DNA from: a virus
Reading direction: 5' to 3' (one strand)
IMG/VR virus record: IMGVR_UViG_3300027741_000030
Coordinates: 1 to 64,000 of that record
DNA length: 64,000 nt
Under the pieces are notes generated by a model, which was not told the DNA's origin, ran no database searches, and saw only the letters and a list, made by a program, of their open reading frames with translations. Numbering within the stretch: the first letter of the stretch is position 1; each line of letters begins with the position of its first letter. Shown in pieces: positions 19,733 to 28,326 of this stretch. A program made the position numbers and the translations under genes.

Positions 19733-19879
19733 TTACTTCGCCTTGTTTGTTACTTCCTTGGTGAAGACAACGCCTGCCTTCTCAGCTTCCGCTAGAGCTA
19801 CCTTAGCTGCTCCTGAGAAACGACCACGTACACCTACTGTAATGCCTTGAGCTTTTAGATATTCACGCTTTGTTGCCAT
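19733..19879 (-). CDS. 48-aa Lsr2-type DNA-binding domain only (not in ORF track)
   Basis: MATKREYLKAQGITVGVRGRFSGAAKVALAEAEK...; RGR AT-hook-like motif; GAAAGGGG RBS; TTTACA-N17-TATAAT promoter; hairpin terminator downstream. Confidence 0.75.
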   Translation of the reverse strand: MATKREYLKAQGITVGVRGRFSGAAKVALAEAEKAGVVFTKEVTNKAK

Positions 19880-20104
19880 TTGTTTATCCCCTTTCAAGAG
19901 ATGATATTTGTTTCAATTATACAAGATATCCACGAATTTGTAAATACCCCCGTAAGACCAAATTTTGGCCCTCAATTTTGATCGCTTAGTTCCATTCTAT
20001 CTTTAATTAATTTAGCAATGATGTTGTGAGCCTCGATGTTTTCTGTTTCGCTGCCACCCCACAAAAGCTTTTGTGCTGTATTTAATTGATCATTGATGTA
20101 CTGA

Positions 20105-20425
20105 TCACTCATCCTCATCCTCGTCATCCTCCTCGTCTTCTTCGAACATTGTGTCAACAATGTAGTCACGATTAGTCATCCATTCAAGGACATCATCTTG
20201 GTGTTGTTCGGCACCATACTCCAAGGAAAACCCTTGCCCAGCCTCTACAGCCTCGCACAGGTGGTCCCACATTTGGTCCTGGGTTACTTTGGCCTTGTAT
20301 GTCTCATCTTCTAGGATGTTGTTAATAGTCGACCAGGTCCAAAGCCATACCATGGACAAGCCGAGGTCGGTGGTATCTAGAATCTCTAGACATTTATTTA
20401 GTTTATCTTTATCTTCAGGCTTCAT
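20105..20425 (-). CDS. acidic hypothetical protein with D/E tail
   Basis: ORF track; GGAG RBS. Confidence 0.65.
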   Translation of the reverse strand: MKPEDKDKLNKCLEILDTTDLGLSMVWLWTWSTINNILEDETYKAKVTQDQMWDHLCEAVEAGQGFSLEYGAEQHQDDVLEWMTNRDYIVDTMFEEDEEDDEDEDE

Positions 20426-20697
20426 AGTGTACGTTCTCCAATCGCAAATGATAGTTGATATGTTAGATTATATATATCTGCTAATGTATCAAGGGCACCT
20501 TCACATCTTGTGCGTTCCATTGAATCCATTGCTTCTTCTGATTCTTCTTCTGTCTCAATAGCGCTAGCCAATTGCTGTTCTGCAATTAGCATGAGGTTCT
20601 TTAGTTCCCCGTGCATTATATCTAATCCACTAACACCGTAGTTGACCAAACGTTGTAAATGGGGCGGGAGCCCAATGTCTTCATTATTCATTATCAT
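20422..20697 (-). CDS. acidic hypothetical protein
   Basis: AACGAAAGG leader; motif promoter at 20718. Confidence 0.65.
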   Translation of the reverse strand: MIMNNEDIGLPPHLQRLVNYGVSGLDIMHGELKNLMLIAEQQLASAIETEEESEEAMDSMERTRCEGALDTLADIYNLTYQLSFAIGERTL

Positions 20698-21010
20698 ACC
20701 TTTCGTTAGTAGAGTTCATTATATCAGTAGCCACTGACAACAAATGTTCTGTTGCTATAATTTGTCCTTTAATATTATCTATCTTAGAACCATCATAGTC
20801 TCTAGTGTTTAAGTATTCATCATAGAATTTATCATAGTCCTGGTTAAGACTAATTAGATGTATGTTCATATACTCTAGGAATTTAGAAGACTTTGTTTCT
20901 ATTTTATTATATTCCTCTTGGTCACATCTATAGCATGTAACATTTTCATCCTCCGTATAAAGCATTCCTGCCCCACAGGAGGCACACCATGATTGGTCAC
21001 GCATTCCCAT
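20684..21010 (-). CDS. zinc-ribbon hypothetical protein
   Basis: CASC...CYRC; GGGAG RBS; motif promoter at 21041. Confidence 0.65.
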   Translation of the reverse strand: MGMRDQSWCASCGAGMLYTEDENVTCYRCDQEEYNKIETKSSKFLEYMNIHLISLNQDYDKFYDEYLNTRDYDGSKIDNIKGQIIATEHLLSVATDIMNSTNERYDNE

Positions 21011-21118
21011 AATAATACTCTCCCGTTTCTCTATTGAAGTATCTTACCATAGAGCACTGACATGTAAAAATTCCAGGGACATCTGAACACTCCCAGTAAT
21101 GCTGACATTTAGCCCCCA

Positions 21119-21292
21119 TTATTCAAAATACCCTTCTGCCCATAGGCCTTGCATAAAACTGACAGCCATTTCTAAATCATTCCTTAGTTCTGTCTTATCC
21201 ATTAAATCGGACGGGGTCCTAAGATAAAAAAGCTTTGCGTCATGTACAGCATTAATCATCTTGTTTAGATCGGATTCAGTATAACCTAACAT
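21119..21292 (-). CDS. hypothetical 57-aa protein
   Basis: MLGYTESDLNKMINAV...; GAGG RBS; coupled to neighbours. Confidence 0.55.
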   Translation of the reverse strand: MLGYTESDLNKMINAVHDAKLFYLRTPSDLMDKTELRNDLEMAVSFMQGLWAEGYFE

Positions 21293-21444
21293 TATGCAAC
21301 CTCATATTCATGTAAGTAGTTTAAGACATTGTGAATAATACAATCACAATCTTCTCCGCCCATATTATCCATAAATTCTAAGTGACTAGAATTATCTTCA
21401 TAGATAATAGTAATTACTTTATCAAATAGTTCTATATTGCTCAT
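21292..21444 (-). CDS. hypothetical 50-aa acidic protein
   Basis: MSNIELFDKVITIIYEDN...CDCYIH; GGAGG RBS. Confidence 0.55.
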   Translation of the reverse strand: MSNIELFDKVITIIYEDNSSHLEFMDNMGGEDCDCIIHNVLNYLHEYEVA

Positions 21445-22217
21445 GCCTCCACCTTTTCTTTAGGCTCTAATAATACACTATGGGTCTGACATTTTGCCAT
21501 TGCCTCTTCATCTTGCCAAGAGCCTTGATTACAGTTTGAGCAGAATTCACCGCAGTCATCTTCGCAATAACTCAATGTATCGTAAGACTGGCAAGCATAG
21601 CAACGGTTCTCCCATTCAGCCAATTCTTTTACTTCACCACGGACAATCTCATATTCTCCACCCCAACCTGTCTCTTCCTCAAACTCTAATGTAAGCAGGC
21701 AGTTGGGAACAAGATTACTTAGTTTAGTTAAGATAGTTACAGCAGGTGACCAAGCAGTTTCATATTTGTAGACAAGCCAGTTGTCATCACCTTCTGATTT
21801 GTATTCAAGCAATTCTGTTTCAGGATATTCATCTTCATCACGGACAGCAACATCCCACTTAGTTCCCCAGTTAGATGTATTCCACGAATACCAATCTTTT
21901 TGAGTCTTAGCAAACTCAACAGACTTGCGGAACCAATCAGGGTCATTCTGAATATCATAGTTGCCACGAGAAGGTTGGCAGGCATATTCCTCATCAGTAA
22001 TACCGTCATCCTTATATGAGTGGATGTTATGAAAAGCAAACACAGGATTATTATATTCAACTAATTTAATTTTGGTGGGGAAACCCGAAGAACTAATATC
22101 ACCCATACCATATGTCTCTTGTGCTAATGTAAAAGGCTTATTCAATCTATCTTTAATCATATCTACCTCAGACTTAGGTCCTTGGATAGTTAATGTGTTA
22201 TATACCCAATTTGGCAT
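21441..22217 (-). CDS. DUF1281/YubB ferredoxin-like domain protein with C-terminal Cys cluster
   Basis: MPNWVYN, WYSWN..NWGTKWD, ETAWSP motifs. Confidence 0.8.
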   Translation of the reverse strand: MPNWVYNTLTIQGPKSEVDMIKDRLNKPFTLAQETYGMGDISSSGFPTKIKLVEYNNPVFAFHNIHSYKDDGITDEEYACQPSRGNYDIQNDPDWFRKSVEFAKTQKDWYSWNTSNWGTKWDVAVRDEDEYPETELLEYKSEGDDNWLVYKYETAWSPAVTILTKLSNLVPNCLLTLEFEEETGWGGEYEIVRGEVKELAEWENRCYACQSYDTLSYCEDDCGEFCSNCNQGSWQDEEAMAKCQTHSVLLEPKEKVEA

Positions 22218-22392
22218 TTTATATCCTTTCGTTGATATGGCTTAATTATACAATGGACCACTGACATTTGGGAAGAGTATATCGTGTGATACACACCACA
22301 TCCTCCAAGCTATGTGGTCAAGATCACAGAATTTTCAGGGATTTTATATTGACATCGTAAACAAAATAATATACCCTCAGTCTTTTGCGGGC

Positions 22393-22427
22393 AAAATAAA
22401 AACCCCCCAAGCTATAAGCTGGGGGGT
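22393..22427 (-). terminator. intrinsic terminator
   Basis: ACCCCCCAGC-TTATA-GCTTGGGGGGT followed by TTTTATTTT on - strand. Confidence 0.8.
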
Positions 22428-22543
22428 ATGAATATGGCTGCTGATTTCCAACGAAAGAAATAAACCGCTTTACTTAGCGCCTGGCCCGCAGACTAGTTAG
22501 ACGCACCATTTCATTTCTATATTAAAACCAGGACCAAGGTCCT
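22393..22543 (-). ncRNA. candidate ~150-nt trans-acting sRNA antisense to the shared early-gene RBS
   Basis: TGGTATAAT promoter (22558-22550); 5' hairpin AGGAC-CUUG-GUCCU; seed UUUAUUUCUUUCGUUGG; C6/G6 terminator plus U tract; only tiny ORFs. Confidence 0.6.
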
Positions 22544-22550
22544 ACATTAA

Positions 22551-22919
22551 TTATACCATACTTAGTTGACTGGAATACTTATCCACGAATGCCTCAAGGC
22601 TCGTACTAAATACAACTGTCTGCAGGTCTTCTTCCATTAGAGTAAACGTTTTGTTTTTCCAATCGATAATAGGTACCTTGTGCTCATTGTCTGATAACTC
22701 ATTAACTGTAATGCCCCAACCTGTTTCGCTGGACCACTCATCCCCAATTAAATTAGATATACATATACGTGTTGCATATGCTTCGTCATTCCATCGAGGC
22801 TTTGCTTTAAGAACACAGTCTGCTAAATTCTCTAGCATTCTGTGGCCCGCCCAATGACCGTATAGAAATACAACATTCTCATTGGATTGTCTAAATCCAA
22901 AGTTTGCTCTGTCTCCCAT
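22551..22919 (-). CDS. hypothetical phage protein (MGDRAN... type)
   Basis: ORF track; AAGGCGG RBS. Confidence 0.7.
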   Translation of the reverse strand: MGDRANFGFRQSNENVVFLYGHWAGHRMLENLADCVLKAKPRWNDEAYATRICISNLIGDEWSSETGWGITVNELSDNEHKVPIIDWKNKTFTLMEEDLQTVVFSTSLEAFVDKYSSQLSMV

Positions 22920-22920
22920 T

Positions 22921-23112
22921 TTATTCCGCCTTTGTTAGTTGTTGTTCCTGCTCGTTGTTGAGCAATTGTACCATCTCATGGGCCCAGTCCACAAGTGGCC
23001 CGCCATGGTGAGCTTTATGATGTCCGCAAAAATAAAGAGACATCTCATCTTTCTTTGCTTCCCACATAGCTTGCGCCGCACATTGGTCACACTTAAGCCA
23101 TTCAGACATCAT
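22921..23112 (-). CDS. small zinc-finger protein (CxxC...CxHH)
   Basis: CDQCAAQA...FCGHH. Confidence 0.65.
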   Translation of the reverse strand: MMSEWLKCDQCAAQAMWEAKKDEMSLYFCGHHKAHHGGPLVDWAHEMVQLLNNEQEQQLTKAE

Positions 23113-23263
23113 AGGTTTCCACCTTCAATCATTTCAGAAAGACGATCAAGGATCCAAGAATCAATGTCAGCGATATCAATCTCTGCTAACTTCTCCATAA
23201 TTTCTTCACGAGCAAACTTATACCCGTCTTGAAAACCATCTTTATAGTCTGACATTTTATCTC

Positions 23264-23467
23264 CTAGTATCCTGTCGCTTCTTTGTCTGACCAGTATGAT
23301 TCTTTTAAATTATACTTATCACGAATGCGACTTACTTTCTCAATACTACCAGTTCCAATGTTGAAAGTCAATGGTGGCATAAACTCAGGGTCAAGTCCCA
23401 TAATTTGTGCATCCCAATAAGCCATCTCAAGAGATAGCCTATCGGGAGCAGTTAACTCAAAGTACAT
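23264..23467 (-). CDS. hypothetical protein
   Basis: ORF track; GAGG RBS. Confidence 0.6.
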   Translation of the reverse strand: MYFELTAPDRLSLEMAYWDAQIMGLDPEFMPPLTFNIGTGSIEKVSRIRDKYNLKESYWSDKEATGY

Positions 23468-24099
23468 TATGCCTCACGCACATTACATACTTCGGTGTCA
23501 TTGATTTCAATGTTACCGTTATTTGAATCGGCATAAAGAGCATCGTAGACTTCTGACTCAAGGTCTAACTCATAATCATTCTCAAGAATGTTATATGTAT
23601 ATGTTCCGCTAACTTCAAGAGTTGCAGTAAACAGAACTTCCTTGATTAGTTCAATGCCAAGCGCTTCGGCAATTGCACGGAGTGTATCTTTATCCTCTGA
23701 ATCTTCATATGCTTCACAGATAATTTCTTTAGCCGCATCAATGTTAGATAATAGAGTAGTTACACGCTTCTGTGATTGACGTCCATTGTGCAAATCCCAT
23801 TCAAGAGATGCGACTTTATCAGTTGCATATTCTGCATCTGAGTAACCACGGATTACTTTGTAGGTAACCAATAAGTTAGCATTGTACGTATCAGGAACTG
23901 TTACTGCAGGTGTTGTTGTCTCTTCCATTTTTTCCTCTTTCGTTTGGTTTGAAGGTGAAATTGTAGCATCTTCCACTGACAAATAGGCAGTGTTTCCACC
24001 GCATTCGCATGTGACATTAATCACATCCCTGGTTGATGTATATTCAATTAATGCATCACATGTATGGCATACATGTGTATATTTATTCCAAGTTGTCAT
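23467..24099 (-). CDS. hypothetical protein with N-terminal zinc ribbon; second in-frame start at 23928
   Basis: Leaderless ATG 6 nt after -10 at 24106; internal promoter 23960 and AACGAAAGAGG RBS before MEETT. Confidence 0.65.
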   Translation of the reverse strand: MTTWNKYTHVCHTCDALIEYTSTRDVINVTCECGGNTAYLSVEDATISPSNQTKEEKMEETTTPAVTVPDTYNANLLVTYKVIRGYSDAEYATDKVASLEWDLHNGRQSQKRVTTLLSNIDAAKEIICEAYEDSEDKDTLRAIAEALGIELIKEVLFTATLEVSGTYTYNILENDYELDLESEVYDALYADSNNGNIEINDTEVCNVREA

Positions 24100-24203
24100 G
24101 CGAGTATTGTACACTAGGCCACTGACATTTACAAGGATATTCCAGGGATTTTTTTTGTGATTCGTAACACAAAAAATTTGCCTTTGCCTGTGCGGGCATT
24201 TTG

Positions 24204-24277
24204 CGACCCATATCGGACTTGAACCGACGGCCTCTACCGTGACAGGGTAGCGCTCTAACCAACTGAGCTAATGGATC
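24204..24277 (-). tRNA. tRNA-Asp(GTC)
   Basis: Acceptor GATCCAT/ATGGGTC; CTACC-CTGTCAC-GGTAG; TTCAAGT T loop. Confidence 0.93.
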
Positions 24278-24288
24278 AAGAAAAAATG

Positions 24289-24317
24289 TGAGCAGTTTTA
24301 AATCTTGCTCAGGATTT
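24289..24317 (-). ncRNA. small H-type pseudoknot motif (copy 1)
   Basis: AAAUC-CUGAGCAA-GAUUU-AAAAC-UGCUCA. Confidence 0.5.
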
Positions 24318-24324
24318 TTTTTAA

Positions 24325-25329
24325 TTAAAACGCAGAAACTAATTTCTTAATTTTATTTTTTTCTGCGGTAAGAACTGGGTCAAACCCTGATGCACCAGCC
24401 ATAAGAGTTTCGCCATTGCCACGTCCTGAACGATAATAATCTAAACGCTCAGTTAGTGCATTGAACGCACCCCACTTTGTGCCTTTGATATTAGCGTTAG
24501 TTGGTGAATTATGATAAAGGTCATCAAGAAGAACGACTTTGTTTTCCCACTTCTTGATTGCGCCCTTAGCATCTTTTTCAGGCTTAGGATAGATTGTCTG
24601 AATCAACTTAGAGAATTCAGCATCGGTGATTGATTGAGAATAAAGGGCTTGAGCCTCTTTTTCAAATTCATCAAAGTATCCGAGAGCAAGACCGAGAGTC
24701 TCACGAGCAACAGCGATGCGACCTTCAACAGATTGGGTGTGACGAATTTTGAAAGATTGCTTTGCATTACGCATTGCAAGATTCAATGTGTTTTGGCAAA
24801 CTACACGAACAGGTGTGACGGCTGCTTGAACAGCAACAGAACCATCGTGTGATGTCCAGACAATGAGATAAAGTTTTGTCTCATCGTTAGCGCCTTGTGG
24901 GTCTAATACCATTGTGCGGGGAATATCGACAGTGCCGAAAACAACTTTACCCTTTTTCAATGAGCCAGCAGATTCCCAACGGCAATCAGCATTAGCATCG
25001 TGAATTGCATCAGCGAATGCAAATAATTCTTCATTCTGCACAGGCTTGTAACGCTTGCCGACAGTTGCGAGAACATCTACGCCCTTATTAAATGGGTTAT
25101 CACGAATGACAAGAGATGCGGTAGAAACATCATTCCAAGATTCTGGAATGTGCTCAGTGATTGGAGATAAACGAACATTCCAATTTGCTAACTTTGCCTC
25201 TTCAAGCATTGTAGCGGTTGTAACTTCCTCATCTTGTGTAAAGATTCGGTTAGCGAGATTGTGCCAAGCAGGAGCGCCACGAAGCGCAAATGCAACTTCG
25301 CCATTTTCCATTTCTAGATTATGAGCCAT
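24325..25329 (-). CDS. DUF932 / TIGR03299 phage-plasmid protein
   Basis: MAH...PAWH.L, Y..VQN, TSHDGS, TPVRVVCQNTL, IRHT, GTKWGAFNA.TE. Confidence 0.88.
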   Translation of the reverse strand: MAHNLEMENGEVAFALRGAPAWHNLANRIFTQDEEVTTATMLEEAKLANWNVRLSPITEHIPESWNDVSTASLVIRDNPFNKGVDVLATVGKRYKPVQNEELFAFADAIHDANADCRWESAGSLKKGKVVFGTVDIPRTMVLDPQGANDETKLYLIVWTSHDGSVAVQAAVTPVRVVCQNTLNLAMRNAKQSFKIRHTQSVEGRIAVARETLGLALGYFDEFEKEAQALYSQSITDAEFSKLIQTIYPKPEKDAKGAIKKWENKVVLLDDLYHNSPTNANIKGTKWGAFNALTERLDYYRSGRGNGETLMAGASGFDPVLTAEKNKIKKLVSAF

Positions 25330-25555
25330 TTTTATTTCCTTTCGTTTGATTGTTGATGCAAGTATAACAGGTGGCACTGACATTGTCTAGATTAGTTAGT
25401 CATTTGTCCGAATTGATCCGTGTGATTAATTTCACAAAATTTTCAGGGTTTTCCACAACTGTGCGTAAACCTGTGGATAACCCCATACCTGTGCGGGCTT
25501 CCCGCACCATCAACTGGAGCTAGCAGCGCTAACCCCAGTTGATCGATGTGGTTGT

Positions 25556-25777
25556 TTATGAATTTATTTTTGCAACAGTGTCTTCATTTAAAAACATTGC
25601 TGTTGTTTTCTTTTTCTTTTGCATGTCAAATACGTAAGCATTTACTTTTCCGCTAAAACGGCGGATGTTAGAGAACACCAACTCTGTTAAGTGCTCTTTA
25701 TCTACACCTTGCTCTGAATAAATAGTTACATCATTTGCTTTGTTTGCGTCATAGATTTCAACTCTAAAGCGAGCCAT
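25556..25777 (-). CDS. hypothetical protein
   Basis: ORF track; AAAGG RBS. Confidence 0.65.
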   Translation of the reverse strand: MARFRVEIYDANKANDVTIYSEQGVDKEHLTELVFSNIRRFSGKVNAYVFDMQKKKKTTAMFLNEDTVAKINS

Positions 25778-25809
25778 TGTATTACCTTTGTTAGTAGTTT
25801 CCCGAAGAA

Positions 25810-25836
25810 GAGCAGTTTGGCGACATACTCAGGTCG
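25810..25836 (-). ncRNA. small H-type pseudoknot motif (copy 2)
   Basis: CGAC-CUGAGUAU-GUCG-CCAAAC-UGCUC. Confidence 0.5.
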
Positions 25837-25845
25837 TTTATTTAT

Positions 25846-26262
25846 TTAGAGATACTTAGCAATTTGCTTCATTGTAGAAGCATTTACTGTTTCCTCATCT
25901 GTCATCTTGAGAATTGTGAGAGCATTTGTGATGTCCTCTTTCATTTCACGATAACTGTGCTGATGAATTGTCTCAAAATCTTTTTGAGGTTCAGCAGGAA
26001 AGTTTCCTTCCTTTGTGATGATGTCAAAATCAACATTGAGAGTGTTGTTCCAAGAACGATAGTTTGTGCGAAGGTTCTCAGCCTTTGAGAAGTTGGCAAT
26101 AGCCCACTTACCGATTTCCTTGCGCCACGCTTCTACCGCTTTGGTGTGCTTTGCTTCTTTTGCTTCTTGTGTTGCGTAATTAGTTTCTAACTCAGCAAGG
26201 CGAGCCTCTAGTGCCTTGATTACTTTTGGTGTTGCCACCTTTACTGTTATTGCTCTACTCAT
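25846..26262 (-). CDS. hypothetical phage protein
   Basis: CCAACGAAAGG leader; motif promoter 26294. Confidence 0.75.
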   Translation of the reverse strand: MSRAITVKVATPKVIKALEARLAELETNYATQEAKEAKHTKAVEAWRKEIGKWAIANFSKAENLRTNYRSWNNTLNVDFDIITKEGNFPAEPQKDFETIHQHSYREMKEDITNALTILKMTDEETVNASTMKQIAKYL

Positions 26263-26394
26263 TTGTTTCCTTTCGTTGGTTGGTTGTTAGAGTATTGTAT
26301 CAGACGGGTCTGACATTTCCCCGAAGGGAGAGAGTTTTTACTTACGACATTGGGCTAGAACACTCTCTGAAACTGCCCCTGTTTCGCTAGTTGA

Positions 26395-26571
26395 TTAGAC
26401 TAGGCTTGCGTTGCTAACTGTTGTCCAACGAGTTTCCTTTGTTGGCATTTCTAGCAACACTCTCACCGAGCCAGATGAGTTAGGAATAATCTCTTTGATT
26501 ACTCCTGTCTTTTTTGACTTTAAGGTTGTGAATAAATCGCCAACCTTGTATGTGTATCCATTTACTGTCAT
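26395..26571 (-). CDS. small SH3/KOW-like hypothetical protein
   Basis: YKVGDLF..G.I.EI; GAAAGG RBS; motif promoter 26598. Confidence 0.6.
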   Translation of the reverse strand: MTVNGYTYKVGDLFTTLKSKKTGVIKEIIPNSSGSVRVLLEMPTKETRWTTVSNASLV

Positions 26572-26664
26572 TTTGCTTCCTTTCTGTTTAGGGTTGTAGT
26601 ATAGCATTGGGGTCTGACATTAGTCTAGCCCTATCTCATTATTTGAGAAAGTTATTGTGTGACC

Positions 26665-26931
26665 TTAGTCACTTTCAGGTAGCCAAGCGTCTAAGTGGTG
26701 AGCATCAACTATTGCAGACGCAGGGCAGGAAGTCTGTCCTCGCCAAGTGATACCTTCAGGTAAATTGATCTCACGGCTGTATTCCTCATCATAGAACGCA
26801 TCAATAGCATCTATGCAAGGTTGCACCATTGATACGGGAACGGGTGGGTAATGATTACCTTGTAAGTGATAAGCAAGTCCTGCCTCTAGTGATAGTTCAT
26901 CTGCAAGTCCTAGTGCTGTTGTGTATCCCAT
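26665..26931 (-). CDS. hypothetical phage protein
   Basis: HLQGNHYPPVP...HHLDAW. Confidence 0.7.
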   Translation of the reverse strand: MGYTTALGLADELSLEAGLAYHLQGNHYPPVPVSMVQPCIDAIDAFYDEEYSREINLPEGITWRGQTSCPASAIVDAHHLDAWLPESD

Positions 26932-27137
26932 TATGCCACCACCTTTAGAATTGCGTATGAACCGCCTGCATTAATTTCATCTATTGCAGGCTGAATTGCT
27001 GGTACGATTAATTCTTTTAGCATTCCTTCTAGCATAGCAATTTGCTCTTTTGCTTCTAGTGCAAGAAAACGCTGTGAGATTGGATGTGTTTCGTCAAACT
27101 CTGTTACGAATTTGAGAGAGTGTTCGACTTTGGTCAT
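26931..27137 (-). CDS. hypothetical protein
   Basis: CAACGAAAGG leader; motif promoter 27167. Confidence 0.65.
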   Translation of the reverse strand: MTKVEHSLKFVTEFDETHPISQRFLALEAKEQIAMLEGMLKELIVPAIQPAIDEINAGGSYAILKVVA

Positions 27138-27422
27138 TTGTTACCTTTCGTTGTTGGAATAAGAGTATTGTACCGCAGGCTACTGACATTACCTAATCTA
27201 TTATCGGCGTGTCGCAGCTTTTGTGAGATTAATCACAAAATTCCAGGGGTTGTGGATAAGTATCGTAAGCCTGTGGATAAACCCTCACCTATGCGGGCGA
27301 GCTGCATATTTATGCGTTACTCTGCATTTTTATTTTTATGTTTGATCTTGCGATTATATTTTTTTTTATTGCGAACAGGTTGCGCCGCATTACTGCGACG
27401 CAATTCCTGAATGCGTTTAACT

Positions 27423-27614
27423 TTATCTTGAAGAGAAGTTAGGAACATGATATCCACTCGCTTCATGAAATTTATTTACATCAAAGTTAGGATTTTCATT
27501 TGCAAACATAACCGCAAAATCATTTACTGTTTTAGAAAAAACAGCGGGATGAATTTTATCGCTCATGAATTTAAGAATTTCTGCAGTTGCTTCAAAGTGC
27601 TTTCGTGTCATCAT
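27423..27614 (-). CDS. hypothetical phage protein (MTRKHF...NPNFD..KF type)
   Basis: ORF track. Confidence 0.65.
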   Translation of the reverse strand: MMTRKHFEATAEILKFMSDKIHPAVFSKTVNDFAVMFANENPNFDVNKFHEASGYHVPNFSSR

Positions 27615-27811
27615 TTTGCGGATACCAATCCAATTCTATTAAAGTTTTTAGTATACATTTTGCCAGTTGGCATTTCTAAATTATAAGTTGCTAATTCTTT
27701 AGCGAACCCAACATCATAACATTTTGCAAATGCTTCAAATGCTTGCAAAGCATCTGCAAATTGGTGAGTAAATTCTAAATTTCCGTCATAGTAAGTAAAT
27801 AGTTTATACAT
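27611..27811 (-). CDS. hypothetical protein
   Basis: GAGG RBS before MYKLF. Confidence 0.6.
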   Translation of the reverse strand: MYKLFTYYDGNLEFTHQFADALQAFEAFAKCYDVGFAKELATYNLEMPTGKMYTKNFNRIGLVSAK

Positions 27812-28110
27812 TAGCAACCTCTTTCCATTCGAAACAATAAGAGTCAGAAACAAAAGGATTTTTCTTTACAACCTCATCAAATAAAGATAACGCTTGATTT
27901 TCGTCCTCTGCGTCTATGTCTAGCCAAACGCCAAATGTGTATTTATTCATTAGTCATTTTCTCCATTCAAAAATAGTGAGCCGTCATTTACACAATCGCA
28001 AGGCTCTACATCATAATTTCTTTCGTCTCCGAAAAAAACAAATCCTGCGCCACCGCATTCATCGCAATTCGCTGCGATTATTTCTATGTATTCTTTTATT
28101 TTGCTCATTA

Positions 28111-28326
28111 TTATTCACCAACCTTTACTGCGATTGTGCGATAAGTTCTGCGACCCCAAGTGTTAGAGCCACTATTAGGCGCAACCTCGACAAGATAGGT
28201 ATCGCAACCCTCATACCAAATTGGCTGAGGGTGTTTTTCCGCTGAAATAATTTCACCGATTAGAGTAGATGAGCGATAGGTTTTTCCTACAAGTAGGTTT
28301 TCGATTGTGTAGATGTTTGCTGACAT
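28111..28326 (-). CDS. hypothetical protein
   Basis: CAACGAAAGG leader; motif promoter 28358. Confidence 0.65.
   Translation of the reverse strand: MSANIYTIENLLVGKTYRSSTLIGEIISAEKHPQPIWYEGCDTYLVEVAPNSGSNTWGRRTYRTIAVKVGE

Larger units (their letters stand above)
19198..27280. promoter_or_regulatory. DnaA boxes (TTATCCACA)
   Basis: Perfect TGTGGATAA at 19198, 19210, 25472, 27251, 27272; TTTTCCACA at 25449. Confidence 0.75.

Noticed and set aside
26330-26372. preQ1-I riboswitch (contains GUUCUAGC and an A-run)
   Set aside because: The A-rich segment lies inside the enclosing stem rather than 3' of P1, so the preQ1 pseudoknot cannot form, and no queuosine gene is adjacent
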